A stretch of 63,408 nucleotides of DNA, filler included, from Chiloscyllium plagiosum (taxonomy: Eukaryota): NCBI RefSeq assembly GCF_004010195.1. It is 3 parts of one record of this genome, joined end to end, with 100 filler letters (N's around TTAATTAATTAA, not from the genome) between each part and the next. Parts side by side here need not be neighbours in the genome. Positions count along the whole stretch, not along the records: positions 30,074 to 57,049 come from NC_057714.1; positions 57,150 to 63,408 come from NC_057714.1; 1 more part is not named here. One strand, 5' to 3'. The first letter of the stretch is position 1, and each line of letters begins with the position of its first letter. The notes beneath the pieces were generated by a model. That model was not told the DNA's origin. It worked only from the letters and a program-made list of their open reading frames with translations, and searched no databases. Positions 49,423-63,100 of the stretch are shown here, piece by piece. The translations under genes were made by a program, and so were the position numbers.

Positions 49423-49988
49423 CTCTGCATTCTTTGGAAGGTTTGTTGAGCTAATGTTTTATTCTGAATCTTGACAATCTGGCTGTAAATCCTGTCAACT
49501 GATGGACCATATCAAATAACATGATGTTGACCATTCACAGTGTGTAGCATGCTGAACATGCTCAACCAATCTGTGCTTTCAAACCTCAGAACATTATAGC
49601 TGACATTATAGCTGATTTTCCTAATGCACACATTCATTAAATGATCCAGATTGTGCTAAAAATCATATCAGAAAACCAGTTTACGATTGTCAGACAGGTT
49701 TGCAGGTTGATGCATTTGTATGTGCTTGAAGTTACCTATATTAACACACAGGACCCTGTTTTATCTAAGCAAAAGGTATTCAAACGTACATTATCCCTTT
49801 TAATTTGAAAAAAAAGGTGTCTTGGAGACTGCCAATCTCTCTATTCCCATGGCAACACTTTGGCTAATCACAGCCTATTTGCCTGGTCTGAGAACTAAGA
49901 TTAACAATTACCTGTCCCTATTGCATCTCCATGACAATGATGGTCCAACCAAGCAGTTTTCTCTTTTCATGCTGTATACAATGGTGTT

Positions 49989-50385
49989 CTTCCGGCTAGG
50001 AACCCTCCAACCACAAGGGATGAACTCGGATTTCACCAGTTTCCTCATTTCCCCTCCCCCCAGCCTGTCTCAGTCAAATCCATCAAATTCAGCACCGCCT
50101 TCCTAACCTGCAATCTTCTTCCCGACCTCCCCGCCCCCACCCCAGTCTGACCTATCACCCTCACCTTGACCTCTTTCCACCTATCACATTTCCGACGCCC
50201 CTCCCCCAAGTCCCACCTCCCTACCTTTTATCTTAGCCTGCTGGACAAACCTTCCTCATTCCTGAAGAAGGGCTTATGCCCGAAACGTCGATTCTCCTGT
50301 TCCCTGGATGCTGCCTGACCTGCTGCGCTTTTCCAGCAACACATTTCCAGCTCTGATCTCCAGCATCTGCAGTCCTCACTTTCTC
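49989..50385 (+). mobile_element. Penelope 3' end
   Basis: FRLGTLQPQGMNSDFTSF plus terminal repeat. TSD tacaatggtgtt at 49977-49988 and 50386-50397. Confidence 0.9.
50262..50289 (+). ncRNA. Minimal hammerhead ribozyme motif
   Basis: CTGAAGA-A-GGGC-TTAT-GCCC-GAA-ACGT-C. Confidence 0.65.
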
Positions 50386-50914
50386 TACAATGGTGTTGCT
50401 TTGTTCAAGCCTGTTTCTTGTGTCCTGGCCTTGCTGAGTGCAAAAAGCAACATTGTAACTTTGTGTCTCCTTTCACAAATGTTTCAATTCTGTACAATCA
50501 AATAATTATTCAATAACTTCCAGGGTTAATTCTCACTACGTGATTTAAGTTCTGGAATAATTTAGTTATTCTCTCCCACTTTTTTGTGAGAGTAAGTTCT
50601 GCTTGATTTTTCCCCAAGTTGTGCCCCAGGGTAATTAAGTAAAACTTTAGGATATCTGTTCCATCTGTCTTTCCACTATTCATTCCTGAACAGTTTTATT
50701 CTCTTGGTCATGCACTACAGAGTTTCCTTATATGCTATGTCTTGAAATCACGTTATAAGGCTAAACCTGATTTTTTACAGTATTCTTACTGTTTGAGCTA
50801 TACTGTTTGAATAATGAATTGTTCTTCCTTGAACTCTTCGTTTGATGTGTGGGGTGTTTTTCAGAGACTCCAAACACCTGTACCTCATTCGAGAAACCAC
50901 TGCTTAAGTTTAAC

Positions 50915-50996
50915 ATTTCTAAATAGTACTTAATTGACTGTGAAACACTTTGGAACATCTTGAGGTGCAAAAGGCACTATATAAATGCAAATTCTT
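50915..50996 (+). mobile_element. L2/Deu-SINE-type 3' tail
   Basis: agtacttaattgactgtgaaacactttgg...aaaggcactatataaatgcaa. Confidence 0.5.
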
Positions 50997-51939
50997 GACC
51001 CTTCCTTTTGAAAATGTGTATTGGCTGGTTGTTTGTCCATCACAGCCAACCCAAATGTGTTCTGGCATGCCATAGACTCACAGAGCAGTGGGGGGTCATC
51101 ACTGGGTATTGGTCAAGAATAGAATCCTGCCCTATGCTTTCCGCTTTTATCCAGACACATAACATTGAATTGTAGCAACCCAACTACTGCCCAGGGTGAA
51201 ATCACAAAGTTCTGAAATGTTTGTTGTCTGTGCAGTTTAGTGCCAGACACAATGCATTTATCCATTGAGTCATTGGCAGGACTGCGTGGAGAATTCTTTT
51301 ATTCCTGCATTGATTCTAATATGCTGGTGGTCATACCATCTTTATGCTTCAAATGCAACAAAAGCAAGTTTTGAAACAACTCCCAGTATTTTTCTACAAG
51401 GCTCATGCATTTTCTTTTCCAGTACATTAAACTAAGCTAATGGGCTGTCAATTCTGCTAAGTCAAACACCCATTTATGTTTTGGGTGCAGACCAGAAATG
51501 TGGTTGTGATTCTATCTTAAGGTGAAAAGAAACATAAGGAAAAACAAAAAAAAAAGCCTTATGGTAATAACATTGTTAAACCACATATTTAAATTGTTCT
51601 GCTCCTCAAACGTAACCAGATATGTTTTCCCCGCATTGGCACAAAAATAATTTCAATATTACTTTTCTTTTATGTTTGACTAAAATGCATTGGTACACTG
51701 GATGTACCCTTGTCTCAATTTAATGCTGGTATAAACAACAGCAGACAACATCATTATTTTGATTTGTATATTCCTGCTTTTATTTTCTCCATTTTGTATG
51801 GGGCCTCTTTATCTCACAAGTTTTCCAAGTTGAGCTTCCAACTGCTTTTGAACTAGCTCTTGGAAGTATGCAGTGGGTTATAGAACTGATTATGTTCCTT
51901 CCCACCCACTCTAGGAAATCCTCCTTCTTGGACTAGCAT

Positions 51940-52985
51940 AATCTATCTGGTGCAGGCACAGCCACAGTGCTGCTGGAAAGACCCAGGATTTTGACTAGCA
52001 ATGGTGAATCAATGAAATTAAGTCAGAATGGTGTGTGGCTTGAAGGTGAATTTGAAAATGGTGATGCTCCCTTTCATCTGCTACAGTTGTCACTCTATAA
52101 AGAAGACATTATTGATTTGGAAAGTGCTCTCAAAGGAAGCTTGGTTTGTTTTTTCAATGCAACTTGTTTAAATTACACATTTTCTATCAACGTACATTGG
52201 TAGTGGAGGGAGTGAATTTGGTGGATGGGGTATTGATCAAGTGGGGCGTTTTATCTTGAATAGTGCTGAGTTCTTTGTATGTTGTTTGAGTTGCACTCAT
52301 CCAGGAAAATGGACAGTATTTCATTTCACTTCTGACTACTGTCTTCGAGACAGTGGACACGTTTGGAGAGGGGGGAAATGAGTTGCTGGCAGCAGATTTT
52401 CCAGTCTCTGACATGCTCTTGTAGCTACAATATTTATATGGCTAGTCCAATTCAGTTTCTTGTCAATGGTAATGCTCAGGATGTTAATACTGGGAGTTGC
52501 AGCCATGGTAATGCCATTGAATGTCATGAAGAGATGGTTAGATTCTCTCTGGTTTGAGATGTTTACCACCTTGTGTGATATAAATCTTGCCTACCTTTAT
52601 CAGCCCAAGCTTAGATGTTGTGTAGCTCTTGCTGCACTTGGACATGGGCTGCTTCAGTATCTAAGATGTCTGTAAATCTGAACTGGGACCAAAATACTTG
52701 GCTTCCAATAACCACAACAATCTCTCTTTGTGCCAAGTAAGTCTCCAACCAGCAGAGACTTTCCACTGACACCAGTTTTACTAGCATTTTTTGGTGCAAG
52801 TCTCAGTCAAACGTGTCTTTGATGTCAAGGGCAGTCACTCAGACCTCATGTCTTAAATTCATCGCGTCTATCCACATTTGGACCAAAACTGTGAGGAGGT
52901 CGAGAGGTGAGAAGCTCTGGCAGAACCAAAACTGGGCATTGAGGAGCAGATTATTGCTGAGTTAGTGTTGCTTGATAGAACTATC
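51940..52985 (-). mobile_element. Degenerate CR1/L2-superclade LINE RT (clade uncertain)
   Basis: Minus strand: LDIKDTFD, WLETYLAQREIVVVI, INILSITIDKKLNWTSHI, VRSEMKYCPFSW. A related + strand remnant lies at about 8960-9160. Confidence 0.7.
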
Positions 52986-53319
52986 AATGCATGCAGCAAT
53001 CCATGACATTTTAATTTATTTTACTGAATACTCTTGCATTCTTCAATGGTACATAGGAGTCTGATACAAATAGATAAATACTTTTAACTTGTATGGTCAG
53101 CTGAATGTTAGAATCCGCTCACCAGTGTAGGTGAAATATGAAGAGGATGAAAAGTATCAGAATCTCAACATAGAGAAAAATATTTGTAATTTTCACCCCA
53201 AGCCTAAAAATGCATCTTCAAGAATCTCACTATTGAATCTGTTATTAATATGTTGCTTTCAATTCTCTCCTTTCTCCAAGAGCTAGACAGTGTTAATTCC
53301 CAATATGTAAGCAGACATT

Positions 53320-53975
53320 AGAGAAGGCAAGTGGACTGTCGAGCTTTATTTCAAATGAAATGAAGCATATTAACAGGGATTCTTGCTAATAACATACAAG
53401 GTATGAGTCAGACCACAGCTGGAATATTGTGAACTGTTTTGATTCTGTTAGTTAAGGAAGATATACTGTGATTGGAGGACATCTAGAGAAGGTTCACTAG
53501 GTTGATTCTGAGTATGAAGAAATCTTCTTATGAGGAGAAGTTGTGTCTGTTGGGCTTATACTCAGTGAAGTTTAAAAGAATGAGAGGACACCTTATTGAA
53601 ACATGCTGTTACTTGAAAGCAGGATCAGCTGAAGGTATCAAGTGTACAGTTTGATGAATAACAAGACAGCTTGATAGGATGCCTTTGTGGGAGAGTCTCG
53701 GACGTGGGGGCATAATCTCAAACTAAGGGGGTCTCCCATTTAAGACAAAGACGAGGAGGAATTAGTAGTAAATTTGTGGAATTTGTCTCCACTGAGAGTT
53801 ATTGAGGCTCAGTCATTCATTATATTCAAGGCCGAGATAGACAGATCTTTTAATCAGTGAAGGAATCAAGGATTATGGGGATTATGTAGGAAAGTGGAGT
53901 TGAGGATGATGTCATTGAATGGTGGAGCAGACTCAATGGGCTGAATGGTCAACTTCTGCTCCAGCATCTTATGTT
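53320..53975 (+). mobile_element. Old CR1 3' part
   Basis: gaccacagctggaatattgtg, gaaggttcactagg, and tail gggctgaatggtc. Confidence 0.75.
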
Positions 53976-54729
53976 AAGACAGAGCGCATCCCTGGCGGTT
54001 GCAGCTCACTGAATGGTTGCTCCAGCCATCATCCAACTGTTCTTTCAGAACTGTACAATTTTCAGTGCAATTTAACATTAATTGTAAGACTTGTATGGGG
54101 GCAGAGGAAGTAGTTGAGATCCTTAATGAGTACTTTGCATCAGTATTCACCAAGGAGAACGTAATGGATAATGATAAGATGAGGGAGAGGTATGTTGACA
54201 ATATTCTGGAGCATATTGATATTAAGAAGGAGGAGGTGTTGGTTGTCTTGAAAACAGTGAGGTAGATAAGCCCCCAGGGCCTGAGGGAGGCAAGGGAGGC
54301 GATTGCTGGGGCCTTGACAAAAGGAGGATCTGGAGACAGTGGGCTGGGGGGCAGTGAGTTTGGGAAGAGCTGATGTTCTTGGAGGCAGGTGAAATGGGGA
54401 CTTGACAGTAATGTTCTGATGACAAGGATCAGGATATTAACCAGGAGGACCATCCACGAGGAGGCAGAGAAATGAAATGTCAAGCCTGAGAAGCCAGAGA
54501 TAACCTAATTGCAAAATGTTACCTAGATGAATGAGCTGAGTTAGGACTTTGTCTAATTGTTGAACTTTCTGTTGATAATCTGGCAAGCAGCCTGTGCTTA
54601 GTGCTAAGGATATGTGCACCTTAATATTTTGGCAGTCTTTGACCTTTCCTGTTGCTGAATAAATGTCTTGTTATTCATCAAACTGTACACTTGATACCTT
54701 CAGCTGATCCTGCTTTCAAGTAACAGCAT
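53603..54729. repeat. Perfect 66-bp inverted repeat pair (53603-53668 and 54664-54729)
   Basis: Exact reverse complements, checked base by base. Confidence 0.95.
54095..54320 (+). mobile_element. CR1 ORF2 fragment
   Basis: EILNEYFASVFTKE...EEVLVVLK. Confidence 0.8.
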
Positions 54730-55049
54730 ATTACATGCCCTACTGAGCATGAAAGAAAAACCTGCAGTCAGTGAAACAGTGAACCAGCACCACATGGTGC
54801 TAGGTTAGATACCTCTTAAGGTTTCAGTCAGTAATCATTTCCAAGTGTGGTACAATGAAATCTCTCTGGATAGCCAGCACGATGAGTGAAATGTTGAGAC
54901 ATCTTCTTTTGATCCTTCCACCAATGGTACCCCTTCAATGTTAAGAATGTGTGTAGACTGCAAAATTATCTTGAAATGTTTGAACACAGCAGTGAATCTG
55001 TACAGTTACTGCCTTTGCTGTTTGAGCTCATGTATCTCTGGACATTGGA

Positions 55050-56675
55050 GTGCGTCTAGGAAAAATGAACAAACAGTGAAATTCACAGCTGATCTTGGAG
55101 GAACCTGTGTGGGTGAGCTCACAGCACAGGAACAGATAAGTGGATGGTTTTTTACATGCAACCTTGCGCTAAGTCTACAGATGTAAGTAGAGTGAGTTCT
55201 TTCTTGATTATATGTTTTATTGAGATTTGACTCTTGATAAAATTTTTAAAATATAAACCATACGTACTAAGTTAGCCTGCAGCACTGCTTTTTAGAGCAA
55301 AACGATGGTGCTATTTTCTGGATCTATAGATTCTAAAGGAGCAAAGAAGGCCTTTAGTAGAGTGATATTCTCTGCCTGTCGTATGTGGGAGTTTAGGGAG
55401 AGTTTCCATTATACTGACGATTATGTCTGCAGGAAGAGTCTTTGGTTGCGAAACTTATCAGATCACATGGACTGGTTGGAGCAGCAGTTACAGGCAATGA
55501 GAAATTTACAAGAGCTAGGGGGTGTGATGAATGGCAATTATAGAAAGGGAGAAAAGCTGCAGATATAGTCAGGTAGTTGGGTTAACTGCAGGAAAGGTAG
55601 GTGGGGTAGGCAGGTAGTGCAGGAGTCTTCTGTGGCTATCCCCATTGATGAAGGGATTATGCCTGCTCCTCGGACATTGCCTGACCTGTTGTGCTTTTGC
55701 AGCACCACACTCTCGACTCTGATCTCCAGCATTTGCAGTCCTCACTTCCTCCTATCCCCATTTCAAACATGTATGCAGTTTTGGAAAATGTAGGGGGTGA
55801 TGGACTCTCAGGGTAATGTGGCACAAACAGCCAAGTTTCTAGTATCGAGACTGGCTCTAATGTAATGAGGAGTACATCGGGTTCCAAGTGATCGATTGTC
55901 ATAGGGGACTCTCTAGTCAGAGGCAAAGTCCGACATTTCTGCGGCCAGCAGCGAAAAATCTGATTGGTGTGTTGTCTTCCTTGTGCCAGGATCAAGGATA
56001 TCTCTGAGAGGATGCAGAATGTTCTCAAGGGGGAGGGGAACAGGCAGGAGGTCATTGTACACATTGGAACCAATGACATAGGAAGGGAAAAGGATGAGAT
56101 TCTGAAGGGAGGATATGGAGAGTTAGGTAGGAATTTTAAAAGGAGGTTCTGGAGGGTAGCAATATCTGGATTACTCCCTGTGCTACAAACTACTGAGGGT
56201 AGGAATAGGAGAATAGAGCAGATGAATGCGTGGTGGAGAAGCTGGTGCAGGGGAGAAGGGTTCACATTTTTGGATCATTGGAATCTCTTCTTGGATAGAA
56301 GTGACCAGTACGAAGAATTGATTGGCAGGGAGATTTGCTAGAACGGCTTGGGAGGATTTAAACTAGTAAGGTGAGGGGGAGGGACCCAGGGAGATAGTGA
56401 GGAAAGAGATCAATCTGAGACTGGTACAGTTGGTAAAATGAATGAGCCAAACAGTCAGGGCAGGCAGGAAGAACACAGAGAACAAGGTAGGACTGATAAA
56501 TTAAACTGCATTTACTTCAATGCAAGAGAACTAACAGGAAAGGCAGATGAATTCAGGGCATGGACAGGAACATGGGACTGGGATATCATTGCAAGTACAG
56601 AAACAGGGCTCAGGGATAGACAGAACTGGCAGCTTAATGTCCAGGATACAAATGCTATAGGTAGGATAGAAAGGG
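55050..56675 (+). mobile_element. CR1 5' portion: leader, ORF1 (zinc-finger/leucine-zipper remnant and SGNH esterase), start of ORF2
   Basis: ACRMWE...YVCRK, IVIGDSLVRG, VCCLPCARIKD, VHIGTND, then LNCIYFNAR...WDWDII. 56381-56670 matches 544-810. Confidence 0.9.
55647..55751 (+). mobile_element. Solo Penelope terminal fragment inside CR1 ORF1
   Basis: TSD ctatccccatt at 55636-55646 and 55752-55762. The GAAA box is deleted. Confidence 0.8.
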
Positions 56676-57049
56676 GTAAAAACAATGACTGCAGATGCTG
56701 GAAACCAGATTCTAGATCAGTGGTGCTGGAAGAGCACAGCAATTCAGGCAGCATCCGAGGACAGGCAAAATCGACGTTTCGGGCAAAAGCCCTTCATCAG
56801 GAATAAAGGCAGAGAGCCTGAAGCGTGGAGAGATATACTAGAGGAGGGGGGGGGGGGGGAGAGAGTAGCATAGAGTACAATAGGTCAGTGGGGAAGGAGA
56901 TGAACGTGATAGGTCAGGGAGGAGAGGGTGGAGTGGATAGGTGGAAAAGGAGCTGGGCAGGTCGGACAAGTCCGGACAGGTCAGGGGACCGAGTTTCTGG
57001 AGGTTAGAAGCTAGGATGAGGTGGGGGAACGGGAAATGAGGAAACTGTT
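56674..57049 (-). mobile_element. Penelope 3' end running into a gap
   Basis: Reverse complement of the 11193-11350 family. Confidence 0.9.
56773..56800 (-). ncRNA. Minimal hammerhead ribozyme motif
   Basis: Reverse complement is CTGATGA-A-GGGC-TTTT-GCCC-GAA-ACGT-C. Confidence 0.7.
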
Positions 57050-57149
57050 NNNNNNNNNNNNNNNNNNNNNNNNNNNNNNNNNNNNNNNNNNNNTTAATTA
57101 ATTAANNNNNNNNNNNNNNNNNNNNNNNNNNNNNNNNNNNNNNNNNNNN
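57050..57149. other. Scaffold gap with TTAATTAATTAA linker
   Basis: 12-mer at 57094-57105 embedded in Ns. Confidence 0.9.
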
Positions 57150-60100
57150 CTCACTCTCACTGCTATTCCCCGGTCCTCCCTACTCCCACTCTCACTGCCA
57201 TCCCCTGGTGCTCCCTACTCCCACTCTAACGACCATCCCTGGGCCTCCCTAATCCAATTTACACTTCCATCACCGGGTGCTCCCTAGTGCCACTCTCACT
57301 GCCATCCCGGGTCTCCTTGCTTCCACGTACACTGCCATCCTCTCGTGCTCTCTACTTCCACTCTCACTGCCATCCCCCAGTGCTCCCTACTGCCACTCTC
57401 ACTGCCATTCTGGTGCTCCCTACTCCCACTGCCATTCTCGGGGTGCTCCCTAATCCCACTCTCACTGCCATCCCTGGTGCTCACTACTCCCATTCTCCCT
57501 GCCATTCTCGGTGCTCCCTACTCCCACTCTCACTGCCATTCCCTGTGCTCCCTACACCCACTCTCACTGCCATCCCCCGGTGCTCCCTACTCCCACTCTC
57601 ACTGCCATACTGGGGACTCACTCCTCCCACAGTCACTGCCAACCCCAGTCCTCCCTACTCTCACGCTCACTGCCATCCCCCGGTCCTCCCTACTCCCACT
57701 CTCACTGCCATCCCCTGGTGCTCCCTCCTCCCACTCTCACTGCCATCCCCTGGTGCTCCCTACTCCCGCTCTCAATGCCATCCCGTGCTCCCACCTCTCA
57801 CTCTCACTGCCATCCCCGGTCCTCCCTACTCCCACTCTCACTGCCTTCCCCAGTGCTCCCTACTTCCGCACTCACTGCCATACCCGGGACTCCCTACTCC
57901 CACTCTTACTGCCATCACGGTGCTCCCTAATCCCACTTACGACACCATCCACTGGTGCTCCCTACTTTCACTCTCACTGCGATCCCCCGGTGCTCCCTAT
58001 TCCCACTCTCCCTACCATCACCGGATCTCCCTATTCCGAATCACAGTGCCATCCCCGGTGCTCCCTACTCCCACTCTCACCGCCATCCCCGGACTCCCTA
58101 CTCCCACTCTCCCTGCAATTTCCGGGAGTCCCTGCTCCCACTCTCACTACCATCCCCAGTGCTCCCTACTCCCCCTCTCACTGCCATCCCCTGGACTCCC
58201 TACTCCCACTCTCACTGCCATTCCCCGTACTCCCTACTCCCACTCTCAAAGCCATTCACGGGGTGCTCCCTATTCTCACTCTCACTGCCATTCCCGGGGT
58301 GCTCCCTACTCCCACTCTCACTGTCATCCCCGGTCCTACTCCCACTCTCGATGCCATCCCCCGGTGCTCCCTAGTCCCACTCTCACTACCATGCCCGGAA
58401 TCCCCTATTCCGACACACACTGCCATCCCCCGGTCCTCCCTACTCCCACTCTCACTGCCAACCCCTGGTGCTCCCTACTCCCTCTCTCACTACCATCCCC
58501 GAGCCTCCCTAATCCGACTCACACTGCCATCACCGGGTGCTCCCTAGTGCCACTCTCACTCCATCCCCTGGTGCTCCCTTCTCCCACTCTCACTGCCATC
58601 CCCGGGCCTCCCTATTCCGACTCACACTACGACCCCCCGGTGCTCCCTACTCTCAGTCTCACTGCCATCCCCGGGTGCTCCCTACTCCCACTCTCACTGC
58701 CATTCCCTGGTGCTCCCTATTCCCACTCTCACTACCATCCCCGGGCCTCCCTAATCCGACTCACACGGCCATCCCCCGGTGCTCCCTGCTCTCAGTCTCA
58801 CTGCCATGTCCTGGTGCTCCCTACTCCAACTCTCACTACCATCCCCGGGCATCCCTAATCCGACTCACACGGCCATTCCGGGTCTCCCTACTCCCACTCT
58901 CACTGCCATCCCCTCGTGCTCTCTACTCCTACTCTCACTGCCATCCCTGGTGCTCGCTACTCCCACTCTCACTGCCATCCCCGGTGCTTCCTACTCCCAC
59001 TCTCACTGCCATCCCCGGGGCTCCCTACTCCCACTCTCACTGCCATCCCCGGTGCTCCCGACTCCCACTCTCACTGCCATCCCCGCTGCTCCCTACACCA
59101 ACTCCCACTGCCATCCTTGTGACTCCCTACACACACTCTCACTGCCATCCCCTGGTGCTCCCTACTTCCACTCTCACTGCCATCCCCCAGTGTTCCCTAC
59201 TGCCACTCTCACTGCCATCCTGGTGCACCTACTCCCTCTGCCATTCCCGGGGTGCTCCCTAATCCCACTCTCACTGCCATCACTGGTGCTCGTTACTCCC
59301 ACTCTCACTGCCATCCCCCAGTGCTCCCTACTCCCACTCTCACTGCCATTCACGGTGCTCCCTACACAAACTCTCACTGCCATTCACGGTGCTCCCTACT
59401 CCCACTCACAATGCCATCCCTGGGGCTCCCTCTTTCCACTCTCACTGCAATCCCCTGGTGCTCCCTACTGCCACTCTCACTGCCACCCCGGTGCTCTCTA
59501 CTCCCACTCTCAATGCCATCCCGTGCTCCCACCTCTCACTCTCACTGCCATCCCCGGTCCTCCCTACACCCACTCTCACTGCCATCCCCGGTGCTCCCCA
59601 CTCCCACTCTCACTGCCATACCCGGGACTCCCTACTCCCACTCTCACTGCCATCCCCGGTGCTCCCTACTCTCACTCTCACTGACATCCCCTGGACTCCC
59701 TACTCCCACTCTCACTGCCATCCCCGGTCCTCCCGAATCCCACTCTCACTGCCATCCCCGGGCCTCCCTACTCCCACTCTCAATGCCATCCCCGAGCCTC
59801 CCTACTCCCACTCTTACTGCCATCACGGTGCTCCCTAATCCCACTTTCGACACCATCCACTGGTGCTCCCTACTCTCACTCTCACTGCCATCCCCCGGTG
59901 CTCCCTACTCCCACTCTCACTGCCATCCCCCGGTGCTCCCTACTCCCACTCTCACTNNNNNNNNNNNNNNNNNNNNNNNNNNNNNNNNNNNNNNNNNNNN
60001 NNNNNNNNNNNNNNNNNNNNNNNNNNNNNNNNNNNNNNNNNNNNNNNNNNNNNNNNNNNNNTCTCACTGCCATCCCCCAGTGCTCCCTACTCCCACTCTC

Positions 60101-63100
60101 ACTGCCAGCCCCCGGTGCTCCCTACTCCCACTCTCACTCCCATCACCGGATCTCCCTATTCCGACTCACAGTGCCATCCCCCAAGCTCCCTACTCCCATT
60201 CTCACTACCATCACCGGATCTCCCTATTCCGACTCACAGTGCCATCCCCGGGACTCCCTACTCCCACTCTCCCTGCAATTTCCGGGACTCCCTGCTCCCA
60301 CTCTCACTACCATCCCCGGTGCTCCCTACTCCCACTCTCACTGCCATCCCCTGGACTCCCTACGCCCACTCTCCCTGCATTTACCCGTACTCCCTACTCC
60401 CACTCTCAAAGCCATTCACGGGGTGCTCCCTACTCTCATTCTCACTGCCATTCCCGGGGAGCTCCCTACTCCCACTCTTAAAGCCAATCACGGGATGCTC
60501 CCTACTCTCATTCTCACTGCCATTCCCGGTGTGCACCCCAATCCCACCCCAATGCCATTCACGGTGCTCCCTACTCCCACTCTTGAAGCCTGCCATCCCC
60601 CGGTGCTCCCTACTCCCACTCTCACTGCCATCTCCGATGCTACCTAATCCCACTCTCAATGCCATCCCCCGATGCTCCCTACTCCCACTCTCACTGCCAT
60701 CCCCCGGTGCTCCCTACTCCAACTCTCGATACCATTCCCCGGTACTCCCTACTCCCACTCTCACTGCCATCCCCAGTGCTACCTACTCCCACTCTCACTG
60801 CTATTCCCAGTGCTCCCTACTCCCACTCACACTGCCATCCCTGTGCTCCCTACTCCCACTCTCACTGCCATCCCCGGTGCTCCCTGCACCAACTCTCAGT
60901 GCCATCCTTGTGACTCCCTACTCCCACTCTCACTGCCATCTCCGATGCTACCTGCTCCCACTCTCGATGCCATCCCCGGTGCTCCCTAGTCCGACTCTCA
61001 CTACCATGCCCCCCGGTGCTCCCTAGTCCGACTCTCACTACCATGCCCGGGACTCCCTATTCCGACTCACACTGCCATCCCCTGTGCTCCCTACTCCCAC
61101 TCTCACTACCATACCTGGTACTCCCTATTCTGACTCACACTGCCATCCCCTGTGCTCCCTACTCCCACTCTTACTACCATACCTGGTACTCCCTATTCTG
61201 ACTCATACTGCCATCCCCCGGTGCTCCCTACTCCCACTCTCACTGCCATCCCCGGGACTCCCTATTCCCACTCTCAATGCCATCCCCGGGCCTCCCTAAT
61301 CCGACTCACACGGCCATCCCCCGGTGCTCCCTGCTCTCAGTCTCACTGCCATCCCCGGATGTTCCCTACTCCCACTCTCACTGCCATTCCCTGGTGCTCC
61401 CTACTCCCACTCTCACTACCATCCCCTGGACCTCCCTACTCCCACTCTAACGACCATCCCTGAGCCTCCCTAATCCAACTCACACTGCCATCCCCGGGTG
61501 CTCCCTAGTGCCACTCTCACTGCCATCCTGGTGCTTCCTACTCCCACTGCCCTTCCCGGGGTGCTCCCTAATCCCACTCTCACTGCCATCCCCGGTGCTC
61601 GCTACTCCCACTCTCACTGCCATCCCCCAGTGCTCCCTACTCCCACTCTCACTGCCATCACCGATGCACCCTACTCTCACTCTCACTGCTATTCCCGGGG
61701 TGCTCCCTACTCCCACTCTCACTGTCATCCCCGGTGCTCCCTCCTCCCACTCTCACTGCCATTCCCGGTACTCCCTACTCCCACTCTCACTGCCATTCCC
61801 GGGGCTCCCTACTCCCACTCTCGATGCCATCCCGGTGCTCCCTACTCCCACTCTCACTGCCATCCCCGGTGCTCCCTGCACCAACTCTCACTGCCATCCT
61901 TGTGACTCCCTACTCCCATTCTCACTGCCATTCACCGGAGCTCCCTACTGCCACTCTCACTGCCATCCCGGCGACTCCCTACACACACTCTCACTGCCAT
62001 CCCATGGTGCTCCCTACTCCCACTCTCAAAGCCATCCTGGTGCTCCCTCCTCCCACTGCCATTCCCGGGGTGCTCCCTACTCCCACTCTCACTGCCATCT
62101 CCGATGCTACCTACTCCCACTCTCGATGCCATCCCCCGGTGCTCCCTACTCCCACTCTCACTGCCAACCCCTGGTGCTCCCTACTCCCTCTCTCACTACC
62201 ATCCCCGAGCCTCCCTAATCCGACTCACACTGCCATCACCGGGTGCTCCCTAGTGCCACTCTCACTCCATCCCCTGGTGCTCCCTTCTCCCACTCTCACT
62301 GCCATCCCCGGGCCTCCCTATTCCGACTCACACTACGACCCCCCGGTGCTCCCTACTCTCAGTCTCACTGCCATCCCCGGGTGCTCCCTACTCCTCAGTC
62401 TCACTGCCATCCCCCGGTGCTCCCTACTCTCAGTCTCACTGCCATCCCCTGGTGCTCCCTTCTCCCATTCTCACTACCATCCCCGGGCCTCCCTAATCCA
62501 ACTCACACGGCCATCCCCCGGTGCTCCCTAGTCCCACCCTCACTGTCATCCCGGGTCTCCCTCCTCCCACTCTCACTGCCATCCCTGGTACTCGCTACTC
62601 CCACTCTCACTGCCATCCCGGTGCTCCCTACTCCCACTCTCACTGCCATTCACGGTGCTCCCTGCACCAACTTTCACTGCCATCACCGATGCTCCCTACT
62701 CTAACTCTCCCTGCCATTCACGGTCTCCCTACTCCCACTCTCACTGCCATCACCAATGCTTCCTACTCCCACTCTCACTGCCATCCCTGGTCCTCTCTAC
62801 TCCCACTCTCACTGCCATCCCCCAGTGCTCCCTACTCCGACTCTCACTGCCATACTGGGGACTCACTACTCCCACAGTCACTGCCAACCCTGGTGCTCCC
62901 TTCAACAACTCGTACTGCCATCCCCTGGTGCTCCCTACTCCCACTCACAATGCCATCCCCTGGTGCTCCCTCCTTCCACTCTCACTGCCATCCCCTGGTG
63001 CTCCCTACTGCCACTCTCACTGCCACCCCGGTGCTCTCTACTCCCACTGTCAATGCCATCCCGTGCTCCCACCTCTCACTCTCACTGCCATCCCCGGTCC

